Shown: in pieces, positions 15,501-23,035 of the stretch
Numbering within the stretch: the first letter of the stretch is position 1
Layout of the letters: each line of letters opens with the position of its first letter
Source of the DNA: a virus
Taxonomy: Duplodnaviria > Caudoviricetes
Length of the DNA: 39,856 nucleotides
IMG/VR virus record: IMGVR_UViG_3300027804_000106
Span: 1-39,856 of that record
Direction: 5' to 3' (one strand)
Made by a program: the position numbers and the translations under genes
Notes under the pieces: generated by a model
What the model was told of the DNA's origin: nothing
Database searches by the model: none
Seen by the model: the letters and a program-made list of their open reading frames with translations, nothing else

Positions 15501-16429
15501 GCTTCTTTAAATATGTATTTACCAGCACCAAGTCCTACTGTTGAGCTAATAGCTTCCCATCCAGCTTCATGCAAACCATGTATATTAGCTAGTTCGTCTA
15601 CAGCACCTTTGCCTCTTACGTCAAGATTAAATTCTTTAGCTTTTGCTTGCATTTCTGGCGACTGAGCAATCTTAACAAACTCTTCATTTGTAATTGGTAT
15701 GCCACGCTGTTCAATAGATGCTTGATTTAAACCTTCTCTCAAATCACGTAAGAAACTATTTGTGTCAATGTTATATGCAACTTTACCAGCTGTTGCGGCC
15801 CCAGCTCCATAACCAGCCAACGGATTTCTTGTAACAGCTGTAGTTCCTAGGCCTGATAATAAAGCAGATCCCATAGCCACAAGGGAGAAAGATAAGTTTT
15901 GTGGAAGGTTTCTAATGTCGCTACGTTTAATCTTAGCGCCTAAGAAGTCAGTATAGATGTCCTCAGCGCCTTTGATAGCCATATTAGCTTCAGCTGCTTT
16001 GCGTGCATCTTCTACAATCTTGTTAGCTGTAGACTCTTCATCTGCAATAGTTTCAACATCTTTACCTTGATAAGCCTGAATAGCTGAGCTAGCTAATTGC
16101 TCTGGAAATTGTTTTGCTGCAGCGTATACATCTGATGCTAATTCTTTTACGCCAGGACCTTTTGGACCACGATCAGGCTGATCACCTACAATCTTTTGTA
16201 AGAGTGTTTGTTCTGGAACAGGAGGTTCTTGGTTTTGAAGAATGGAAGGTATGGGAGCGCCTTCAGGGCCAACTTGAGGAGCTTGTGGTTTTATTTGTAT
16301 TTCAGGAGCTACAGACGTGGCAGGTTGTGCCGAGAAGGCATTATATCTGGCAAGCAAATCAGCTTGCGTTATGTTATCTGGGACGTTCTTTACAAGAGTC
16401 CCATCAGGCATCCTGACATCTATAGGCAT
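9509..16429 (-). CDS. Giant internal virion/polyvalent protein (metallopeptidase-like, ART-like and C-terminal LPD38-like regions)
   Basis: 2306 aa; AVHEILHH; LFHGA...LLWF ART-like segment; LTVNFDRKG, FFNASVQG, VPYPLGY, NKDSFGRPI characteristic of LPD38-containing phage proteins. Confidence 0.8.
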   Translation of the reverse strand: MPIDVRMPDGTLVKNVPDNITQADLLARYNAFSAQPATSVAPEIQIKPQAPQVGPEGAPIPSILQNQEPPVPEQTLLQKIVGDQPDRGPKGPGVKELASDVYAAAKQFPEQLASSAIQAYQGKDVETIADEESTANKIVEDARKAAEANMAIKGAEDIYTDFLGAKIKRSDIRNLPQNLSFSLVAMGSALLSGLGTTAVTRNPLAGYGAGAATAGKVAYNIDTNSFLRDLREGLNQASIEQRGIPITNEEFVKIAQSPEMQAKAKEFNLDVRGKGAVDELANIHGLHEAGWEAISSTVGLGAGKYIFKEALKGKILKPVAAFTGELGLELAGETATQLGQSNVERKAGMHQDAERSWSSAEDWKKSYKEVAGPTLLTTAVLGGAPAAAGAAKRAFTKATQTPTTQERVEPDVTPPVTPTEAPATPAPVEAVTAAPTKIDTSHDTQAMLDELSGKDIEYIPEEEDKVAEKTTTKGELPVGSKVSWNDDGNQVESDVLDSMSKAGITMYKVTSTDPARPNGVWVESSNLQPIGQPSVTKETKPEVLYSAPMGENTEYHVLKNDLGHVANLYDKDAGRYVTDSARTFPVENFGTQTEAAAKNFVKEEQDKAAAYDPSIKQEPTGVITEEDKEFTPVGGRLINKADVAKLGRESAIALQQNLAAQEVERDKQIRREIREDKFPAAKTPSLASALKALGGINQSNKLDMLKDTGKVFNYESAFSKDGEDLLTHIENGSLDEYLPHQLRLSNTPAGEAFDPRPAYDYISSVIESKQKVHDYDYELAKIDHENKIKEKYLAKQYMEPNEAAQAAAAEIQGKEYMNVEIPTPKVTEQELLAQFSAQAQEYISEMPIFESAKETKSFKIEMNKLRRAIKKGMVKEADIIPAIDQIYESTQKDYEPSERIRGAEIIKEKLLAAKRRKELSPEIVDMALFLIDKNPALVKDLAISITASKRDGRAGGYAPLARLATIFKYTPNNETAVHEILHHLERMMPKDIQAAIRKAWARSLKVSAERAFGGKNETLKQYYRDVIDYHATGDEKAEKRAMSLLAANTVGYEHYQNFNPSEFWAINGSSIVQNRYNADISESMVERIKNWLSEFAEKVKSLFNLESDAAVIRALNSVAKGDGKFITDMIYENEQALNLDRSIEHEFSMDDLPSRSNAMYIIPAGTELFHGAHETRANEILQSGSILKSKRNITSGGGLLTEGNLLWFGDKDMATRHARSEIDVMKAEWDREKGVVRNPGKVFVTISNKPLRLVGKNFKMTERQAIKINRALGLPKYKSLHKGDSLDLAAYRAHDYQRSNVERYRTESGERSAPWPIILRELGFDGYYDMSGVALNLDEIQASKVLEATEENLANIERRSNKPQEFIYANIQRPPRNIRGQEVLPQWHGPEESKLDTWLYRLQNKQIDTKRVQELIGDIEEDWNVYEKEQLYHGRTAAGIRNFLLKELLPIIKEIERLKISPEDVRTYLHNRHAEERNIQMNKINPDIYDERTGRTIPNPLKDKGSGISTPDARAYLAGLDPARKQVLEQIATKFDQMVKGTQQILINSGAESADTIAKWNSTYEHYVPLFRVEDEMARPTGMGGTGQGFGVRGAFSKRALGSEKDVQDILSNIIAQRERALIRAEKIRVGRALYGLAIQNPNSDFWLAINPDAIRNKKQAIAELRRMGVPDAEQMIDNLMAEPKERYLKKTRAAEEGFEPDEDFDFDSGLPVNESKEVVASKVNVMARYKDFVFPVRINGKDRYIFFNKNDPRALRMVQALKNLDVEQLGYLENIFGIFTRWFKSVNTQYNPVFGLVNFVRDFGGTLLNLTNTEIKGKQAQVIAGAYKAMGGILNVHRAERKGKPLPTGPWAKLYQEARDEGFQTGYRDSLIRNQEEMQIVEHTISQFKDGNTKKAFYAVLGGLTDYNDMMENAFRLSAYKVARDQGLSKQKAAIIAKNLTVNFDRKGAWTKSVNVLYAFFNASVQGTERIYQTLKGPKGKMIIGGGILAGMVQAVMLAAAGYGDDDPPEFVRERNFIIPLVDGTYLTVPYPLGYNILPNSGRIVMDFMIHGGRNPGKHMTSLMSSVMNSFNPLGSSGFAIQTLMPTAIDPIVALAENKDSFGRPIYRPDRATAPTPGYTRSRDTASTLGKGIAEFLNWASGGTKYQKGSISPTGDEVDFLAGQVGGGLYREVTKAGKAVSAAITGEEIPSYQRPVVGRFLGSTGSPAAVSQTFYNNVTRMTDHENEIKGRMKNREDVEGYLNDNPEARLWKRANTIENKINELNKRKRMFIERGFPKERVQAVDAQKTLLMQRFNDQVSKLTPE

Positions 16430-16432
16430 AGT

Positions 16433-18604
16433 CTACTTAGTAGGTAGTTGATTAAAATCTACTGCTTTACTTCCACCAAAAAGGTTTTCAAAGAAACCTG
16501 GCTCTTTTTTAGGTGCCACTTCTTTTGGTTTTCTTGCTTCAGGTGCAGTAAGTCCAGACATATAATTAGCCATGACACTATCTTTTGGAGCACCTTTAAA
16601 TGCCTCGTAAGTTAATCTTTCTGCATCTAATTGTAATTCATTCTCATCAACTGGTAAACCAAGCTCACTAAATTGTTTACGCAATGATAATACATTTTTA
16701 GTTAGAACATCGCTATATAATTTAGCGGCAGTAAGTTGGTTAGTAGCAAGTTGAGAAGCTTTTGTAGCATCACGAGTAGCTGCAATTTGAGCCATTTGTA
16801 ATACTTTATTTTTCTTAGCTGTATCAGCTTGAATTGCATAACCCAACATTTGAGCTTCACGAGCTTCTCTGTTTTTCTCTTCAGTTGATTTAAGTTCAAG
16901 AAGTTTTTCACGTTCTTTAGCAATATCTTTAGTTTCGCCAGACATATAGTCTAATGCTGATTTACCAGCAGCGCCTACATTCGTAAGAGCGTAAGGTGAA
17001 GTACCAGCCATCATGTCTAAGCCAAATCGAGTTAAACCTTCATAGCCCATTAATTTTTTACGTTCAGCAATACCAGCCTCTAAAGCTTCTCTTTGTGCTT
17101 TAACAGTTGGGCTTTCTGTGTATTTTTGTGATAGCTTTTGTGCAATATAAGTATCCCAATCATAATCACCTTTTTTATCTTTAGGGATCATCATAGGATT
17201 AACAGAAGGAATTACATCGCCTTCAGCAAAAGCTAATAAACCACCGCCAGCCATTTGTACTGTATCACCCGTACCAATAGCATCTAAACCTACACGAGTT
17301 TGTGGTGCCATTGCCATTTGAGCTGGAGCTGGCATAGGTGCAGTAGGTAATGGTTGATTCATCACATTAGCTGCCATAGGATTAGATTTTAAGTAAGCAC
17401 GATCTTTTAATAATGATTGTGCATAGATGTCAGCCATCAATGATGATGATGGACTTCTAATCACGCCTTGTAGTTGATCATCAGTATAGCTTTTCATTGG
17501 GATAGCGTTACCACCTGCTGCCATTTTTTTCACTTCTTGTAAGCCACCACGTTTAGATCCTGTGGCTGCATTATACATACCTAATGCACCAAGACCTGCT
17601 GTGCCAAGACCTGCCAATTGAGATACTGCGCTTGGAGGTGCTTGATACATTTGTGTAGAAGATTGTTGCATTGGTAAACCACGAAGCATAGAGTTGAGAA
17701 TACCCAATTGCATAAATGGATATTGTTGTTCTGTTGCGTAGTTTTGAATAGCCTGGTTGATAATGTTTTGTTGTTGTGCTTGTTGTTGTTGACCAAACTG
17801 ATTTTGAAGGTTGTATATACCTTGTTGAGCTTGTAACTGTTGACCGCCAAGTCCTGCCAATTGATTGGCTGCAGCAAGTTGTTGTGCCAATGCACCAGCT
17901 TGAGCTTGTTGACCTTGCAATCCTAAGTTAGCACCAAACTGTTGAGCTTGTTGCGCTTGGTTAAATGCTTGGTTGTAACCTTGACCAATGAGTTGATTCA
18001 TTTGTTGGTTCATGTTACGTCTGTTTTCAGCCGCCATTAAAGCTTCACGAGATCCACCAAAAGCACCGCCACGAGTTGCTGCAGCTTGTTGTTGTGCTCC
18101 AGTGATATCATATTGTCTACGTGCTTCTTCTAATTGTGGAGCTAAAGAAGATCTTAGATATGGATTCATGTATGCACTAGTAGCATATGGGCTTGTAGCC
18201 ATAGCGCCATAGTTAGCACCAGCCATACCCATTTGCGGAGCAAGAGTTCCTAATTGAGCACCAGTACCTAAAGTTTGTCCTGTAGCTAAACCATAGTTAG
18301 CTGGAAGAGTTAAACCTGCTGCACCAGATTGTGCATAACTTTGTAATGGAGAAAAACCAGCTACATATTTTGTAGGATCAGTAGAATATGGAACATACTT
18401 ATTGAATCCACCCATGTCAGAATTATAGATCTGCGCTTGAGTAGCATTAAGCATATTCTCAACATATGGTCTTGCGTATTCTGGAACGTTAGTAGAATAG
18501 GAAGTTGTTGATGTAGGTGCAGATCCACCACCGCCTCCTCCGCCTTTACCTTTGTTATATCCAGGATGTTGTAATACACCGATTCTAAATTTATTGTTAA
18601 ACAT
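16433..18604 (-). CDS. Internal virion/DNA ejection protein
   Basis: 723 aa; Gly-rich N-terminus, Q/A/G-rich pilot-like half with YMNPY and GAFGGSR, then helical C-half. Confidence 0.7.
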   Translation of the reverse strand: MFNNKFRIGVLQHPGYNKGKGGGGGGGSAPTSTTSYSTNVPEYARPYVENMLNATQAQIYNSDMGGFNKYVPYSTDPTKYVAGFSPLQSYAQSGAAGLTLPANYGLATGQTLGTGAQLGTLAPQMGMAGANYGAMATSPYATSAYMNPYLRSSLAPQLEEARRQYDITGAQQQAAATRGGAFGGSREALMAAENRRNMNQQMNQLIGQGYNQAFNQAQQAQQFGANLGLQGQQAQAGALAQQLAAANQLAGLGGQQLQAQQGIYNLQNQFGQQQQAQQQNIINQAIQNYATEQQYPFMQLGILNSMLRGLPMQQSSTQMYQAPPSAVSQLAGLGTAGLGALGMYNAATGSKRGGLQEVKKMAAGGNAIPMKSYTDDQLQGVIRSPSSSLMADIYAQSLLKDRAYLKSNPMAANVMNQPLPTAPMPAPAQMAMAPQTRVGLDAIGTGDTVQMAGGGLLAFAEGDVIPSVNPMMIPKDKKGDYDWDTYIAQKLSQKYTESPTVKAQREALEAGIAERKKLMGYEGLTRFGLDMMAGTSPYALTNVGAAGKSALDYMSGETKDIAKEREKLLELKSTEEKNREAREAQMLGYAIQADTAKKNKVLQMAQIAATRDATKASQLATNQLTAAKLYSDVLTKNVLSLRKQFSELGLPVDENELQLDAERLTYEAFKGAPKDSVMANYMSGLTAPEARKPKEVAPKKEPGFFENLFGGSKAVDFNQLPTK

Positions 18605-18606
18605 AA

Positions 18607-19026
18607 TTAATTGTCCACTGGTAATTCATAAAAAACAAACCTTGCTTTATATCCTTCAGCTTCCCAAAATTTCTTCCAACCTGGTCTGCCATAGGACTCC
18701 ATAACTTCACAACCATGATCCTTGCAAAATCTTAACAGTATAGGAAAGCCTACGACTCTCCAACTATGAAAATCTTTACCGCCTACAAAATGCAACATCA
18801 AAACTCTTTTTTGAGGATAGTCATAGATCTCTGTAATCCAAAAACCTACAACACCTCTTTCATCAAACGCAATCCATAATTGCTGTGCTGGATTGTTAAT
18901 AACACCTTGACGCATATCATCAGCAGTATAACGACCATAAGTGTATCTAGCGCACCTTGCCGCATATGCATCTATGTCAGGCCATACACGATCAATATAT
19001 TCTTTAGGGACTAAAGAGACTTCCAT
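18607..19026 (-). CDS. GNAT-fold putative acetyltransferase of the virion module
   Basis: QLWIAF...TEIYDYPQKRVL...GG...FCKDHGC...GRPGWKK; typical position among ejection genes. Confidence 0.65.
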   Translation of the reverse strand: MEVSLVPKEYIDRVWPDIDAYAARCARYTYGRYTADDMRQGVINNPAQQLWIAFDERGVVGFWITEIYDYPQKRVLMLHFVGGKDFHSWRVVGFPILLRFCKDHGCEVMESYGRPGWKKFWEAEGYKARFVFYELPVDN

Positions 19027-19565
19027 TAGATCTGTGTGTTGTTTCTATTCATCATAAATGATAATTGTTGCAACGCATCTGGTCCTGTAGTTCTAGGAGG
19101 AGGCGCAGTATTATTGTTAGATGTATTACTTGATGTATAGTAATTACCATAAGGATTCCAAGATTGTCCTTGATATCCACCATATGGAGTCATGTTTAAT
19201 CCTTGACGGCTAAACATAGACTCTTGTTGTTGGCCATAAGGAATACCGCTAAATGATCCTACTGTACCTTGTGGTGCGTATGGGTTTGTATTTTGTTGAT
19301 TAAATACACCAGAGCTATATAGTCCAGCTAATATAGCAGCTATACCGCTATCGCTATTTACACCAGTATTAAATGCTCCACCCGCAATATTTGAACTTGT
19401 AGGTTGTGTAGTGTATTTTGCATAATCAATATTGTATGGATTAGGCTGTGGTGGTGTATATGTAAAGTTGTTTGGTTGCTGTGGATTTTGTGCGGAAATT
19501 TGTTGAATAATATTTCCAAATAATCCGCCACCACCTTTTCCTGAACCACCTACGCCTGCACCCAT
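19026..19565 (-). CDS. Low-complexity (N/Q/G/P) putative internal virion protein
   Basis: 179 aa; GKGGGG N-terminus; TAATG coupling to the GNAT gene. Confidence 0.6.
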   Translation of the reverse strand: MGAGVGGSGKGGGGLFGNIIQQISAQNPQQPNNFTYTPPQPNPYNIDYAKYTTQPTSSNIAGGAFNTGVNSDSGIAAILAGLYSSGVFNQQNTNPYAPQGTVGSFSGIPYGQQQESMFSRQGLNMTPYGGYQGQSWNPYGNYYTSSNTSNNNTAPPPRTTGPDALQQLSFMMNRNNTQI

Positions 19566-19574
19566 AATCTTGTC

Positions 19575-21149
19575 CTATGCTGGTAATAATTTATAAGCTT
19601 TAGTATCTGCTGCGATGTCTTTTGCTTTTCTACGTTTAGCTTTTATACGATCCATCATAGCATATAAACGTTTAGCACCAGCATCTGTAGAACCATTACC
19701 TAATTCAGATACGATTCTTGCTGGGATTACAAATTCACCTTCAGCTAATCTTGCAGCTTGTTTGCCACCTATTGTAGCAGGAATTGAATCAGATACGCCA
19801 TCACCTGGTCCTTTTAATAAGCGACCACCATCTGAATAATCACCTAAATGACCATCCATTAAACCACCACGCTTAGCTTCTTGGACTATCTGTTGTTTAG
19901 CTTGGTTTTCTAACATAGATTGTCTTTGAGCTGCTGGCATTAAATTAATTTCACCTAATGCACCTATAGGTTGTAGTCCAGTAGCTAAATCATCTTTTAA
20001 TGTTTTCTTTCTTATGTTTTTCATCATAGCATAAGCTCTTTGATCTGGAGTCATGCCTGCATACTCTTGTTCATATTGAACGATGCCTGGGCCACCCATA
20101 GCATCACCTGGATCACGGGCAATAATTGGAGCAAGTTCTAATGTAGGAGACATTAAACCAATACCTTTATTCATAGTTTCTATAGATCTTAATTGTTTTT
20201 CAGCATCTACTTTACCTTTAGATTTATATCTATCAATATCCATTAGACCGCCATCTCTAGCACTGTATGGTCTTGCTGTGTAGTCTGGGTATGTTGCTGT
20301 GTAATATGGGTCAGGTCTTGTTGGGAATGAACCTTTAAAGTCTTTACTAATTCTTTTTAATCCAAATGGATTTTCTTCTTCATCTTTAGTAGGCAATCCT
20401 GTTGTTGTTGGCTTTAATGCTTCAAAAGCTAATGGAGATGCTGCCATAGCTGTATTCCAAGCAACGCCAGGGCGAGCAAAAAATTCACCAGGCTTATCCA
20501 TTACACCTTGAACACCTTGCTTAAATGTATCCCAACTTGAAGGTGCTGCACTAAATCCAGCAGAAGTAACTTGTTTAGCCATTTCAGGAGCTATAGTTTG
20601 ACCTAATGCATTTGTTGTTCCAACTGAACCAATGTTAGCTAGTCCGCCTGTAGCATCTATAAGTTGTGGTTTACCTAATATAGATGGTGCACCCATTGTG
20701 CTCATAGGGGTATAGACTGATGTATCTAATGCTGCTTTTTGAGAAGCGCCAAGTAATGTGCCAGCAGTGTCTCCACCAGTTTGAGCTAAATTTGCTGCAC
20801 CTTTAATATCTGCGCCTAACTTACCACCTGACCATGCACCAAGACCAGCCATAATACCTTGGCCAATATCGCCTGTTAAAGCAGCTGTAGCTAGTCCAAT
20901 ACCTCCAACAAGAAGAGGCATAGGAATGCCCATAGCTGTACCAGCAACACCAAGAACTGTAGGTAAAATAGACCCTAAAAAGCTAGCTTCAGGAAGGCCT
21001 GTTTTGGGATTGGTAGATAGTGGTTTGCCAACATGATCTATAGATAGTTTATTAAGAGCTTTAAGCTCGTCAGCGGTCATGTGGACAAGCTTAGTGTCCT
21101 TATTACGACCTTGAGATTCGATGTGTTTGGCGGCTAGGGCTAGACTCAT
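19575..21149 (-). CDS. Internal virion protein with membrane-like Gly/Ala segment
   Basis: GRNKDTKLVHM...NPKTGLPE N-terminus; GPGDGVSDSIPA...ARLAEGEFVIPA C-terminus. Confidence 0.75.
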   Translation of the reverse strand: MSLALAAKHIESQGRNKDTKLVHMTADELKALNKLSIDHVGKPLSTNPKTGLPEASFLGSILPTVLGVAGTAMGIPMPLLVGGIGLATAALTGDIGQGIMAGLGAWSGGKLGADIKGAANLAQTGGDTAGTLLGASQKAALDTSVYTPMSTMGAPSILGKPQLIDATGGLANIGSVGTTNALGQTIAPEMAKQVTSAGFSAAPSSWDTFKQGVQGVMDKPGEFFARPGVAWNTAMAASPLAFEALKPTTTGLPTKDEEENPFGLKRISKDFKGSFPTRPDPYYTATYPDYTARPYSARDGGLMDIDRYKSKGKVDAEKQLRSIETMNKGIGLMSPTLELAPIIARDPGDAMGGPGIVQYEQEYAGMTPDQRAYAMMKNIRKKTLKDDLATGLQPIGALGEINLMPAAQRQSMLENQAKQQIVQEAKRGGLMDGHLGDYSDGGRLLKGPGDGVSDSIPATIGGKQAARLAEGEFVIPARIVSELGNGSTDAGAKRLYAMMDRIKAKRRKAKDIAADTKAYKLLPA

Positions 21150-21240
21150 AATTTCACCATTATAATAATATTGTTATTTTAAATGTTTATGCTAAATAAT
21201 GCCATCTTTATTGCGTTAAATCGTAGAAGCCACTAGCAGT

Positions 21241-22500
21241 CTACCTACTAATTTCTTCCCAATCCATAGAAGCTAGGACTTGGTTTCCGTTAGAAGCGCC
21301 TGAACAAACTAATGTTAATTCGTATGGGGTAGCTGTAAACGGCTGTCTTTCTAATTGGAAAGCAAATAAAGCTTGTTTCAAAATATCTACCGAAGCAGAG
21401 CCTTGATTGGAGCCTTGGAAAAAGCCAGACGCTAGAATACGCCCTGTTCCCGTTGTAAATGCTGTACCAGTAATGTTGTATTCAACCGCAGAATTAGTTC
21501 CCGCACTTACCCAAGTACCAGCCGTTGTCGTACCAGAAGCCACAACTCGCCAATTATAGTTAGCGTTATTGGTAATACCAAGAGCCGAAAGGGCGGTCAA
21601 AATAACAATGGCGTCAAGCCTAGTGCTTTTAAGCCGTAAAGAAACGACAGGGTAGTATGTGCCAGCAGTAGTTAGCGTTGTTGGGGTAGTAATCGGGGTT
21701 CCTACAGCTAACTGAGCACCAGCTAAGGTATATCCACCTTCTGAAATAGCTGTAGAACAAACTTGTTTTAAAGTGCTAGTAACTCCAGTAGCCCCCGTAT
21801 TGGTCATTTCATACCGCATAGGTAAAGAGGCAGTAGTAATGTAAGTAGTTGTAACTAGGTTAGCGTGGTCAAAATTATGAACTGGAATAAATGTTCCATT
21901 TATAATAAAGCCTGTACGCACTGTTCCAAGACCAAGCCACTCAACATCCAGATAAAGAATTTGTGCCTTTGTGGCATCTAGTGTAAGTCCAGATGGTCCA
22001 GTGCCGTCTAATTTATCTTGGTTCCAACTAGATTGAGCTACACGATTATTACTTACCAATCCTGTCACGCTACTACGCTCAACCATATAATTGGTTGTAC
22101 CATCTCGCTCAAAGTAAATACCATTGGCAGCACCGTAATATCCTACTCGCTGGCGAAGGTTAGCATTGGCTGTGCCAAACACAAAAGTACTCATTACTAA
22201 TAAGCTCTTACCAGGTTGATATGAGAAAACCTTAGTTGTTTCTCTAATAATTTCATCTCCACTAGCCGAGCCTACTGTTAAGTTTACAAGTCCTTCATTT
22301 GCACTAAATGTAGCCGCAGCAGTGCCTGTAGTACTAGTAGCCCATAAATTATTATCTGCATAACGATGAGACGAATCAAATAGAGTAAATGGTTCAGAAA
22401 CTCGTAATCGACCAAACGCATCTGTATTAGTACCCCCTATAGCAACGTTTACTGGGGTTGATGAATTAGAACCTATTGGTGGAAAATATTGAATACTCAT
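21241..22500 (-). CDS. Virion structural protein, beta-rich (lectin-like)
   Basis: DAFGRLRVS, YQPGKS, WLGLGTVRTGF motifs; Thr/Gly-rich. Confidence 0.7.
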   Translation of the reverse strand: MSIQYFPPIGSNSSTPVNVAIGGTNTDAFGRLRVSEPFTLFDSSHRYADNNLWATSTTGTAAATFSANEGLVNLTVGSASGDEIIRETTKVFSYQPGKSLLVMSTFVFGTANANLRQRVGYYGAANGIYFERDGTTNYMVERSSVTGLVSNNRVAQSSWNQDKLDGTGPSGLTLDATKAQILYLDVEWLGLGTVRTGFIINGTFIPVHNFDHANLVTTTYITTASLPMRYEMTNTGATGVTSTLKQVCSTAISEGGYTLAGAQLAVGTPITTPTTLTTAGTYYPVVSLRLKSTRLDAIVILTALSALGITNNANYNWRVVASGTTTAGTWVSAGTNSAVEYNITGTAFTTGTGRILASGFFQGSNQGSASVDILKQALFAFQLERQPFTATPYELTLVCSGASNGNQVLASMDWEEISR

Positions 22501-22835
22501 TAGATTGCTTCTCCACCAGTTGTCGTAATTGTACAGCCAGCTGCTGATGCTTTAACTTGAATAGTACTACCAGAGTCCATAATCTGACTGCCTGTCCATT
22601 GAACAGTAGTATTAGCAGGCAATGCATTATTATAAAAAATAGCATTAGAAGATCCAGCTGTGCCAGCATTGGGGACTAAGCTTACATAAATGCCAATTAA
22701 ACTAGATGTAGTATTGCTGATTGTAATATCTTTTACATAAGTTCTAGTGTTAGTAGGCACTGTATAAATAGTAACATACGATGTTGTCATTGCTGCCTGA
22801 CCTAGTTGTAAAGGGGTTATATTTGAATATGCCAT
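22500..22835 (-). CDS. Small virion structural protein
   Basis: 111 aa beta-rich; IYTVP motif; TAATG coupling. Confidence 0.7.
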   Translation of the reverse strand: MAYSNITPLQLGQAAMTTSYVTIYTVPTNTRTYVKDITISNTTSSLIGIYVSLVPNAGTAGSSNAIFYNNALPANTTVQWTGSQIMDSGSTIQVKASAAGCTITTTGGEAI

Positions 22836-23035
22836 TAGAAGCTTCCTGTATTAAGCCACATCATTGTATTTAAATTATTAATTGCATCAATTGTCTGCGT
22901 ATTGGTATTGTCTAATTGATTAAAGTAAAGACGCAATACGTTTGAGTATTGGTCTGTATATTGCTGATTATAGTCTTTCATAGCTATGGGTAAGCTAGGT
23001 GCTACAGTACTTCTTATGTTCGTGGTATCAGCCAT
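22835..23035 (-). CDS. Small virion protein downstream of the nozzle gene
   Basis: APSLP...Y....NVLRLYFNQLD; TAATG coupling. Confidence 0.7.
   Translation of the reverse strand: MADTTNIRSTVAPSLPIAMKDYNQQYTDQYSNVLRLYFNQLDNTNTQTIDAINNLNTMMWLNTGSF

Noticed and set aside
9509-21149. Short nested alternative-frame or antisense ORFs within the large virion genes
   Set aside because: No RBS or recognisable motifs; expected by-products of codon bias
21150-21240. Internal promoter or terminator before the ejection genes
   Set aside because: A TATAAT is present on - but there is no credible -35 or strong hairpin in this very AT-rich gap
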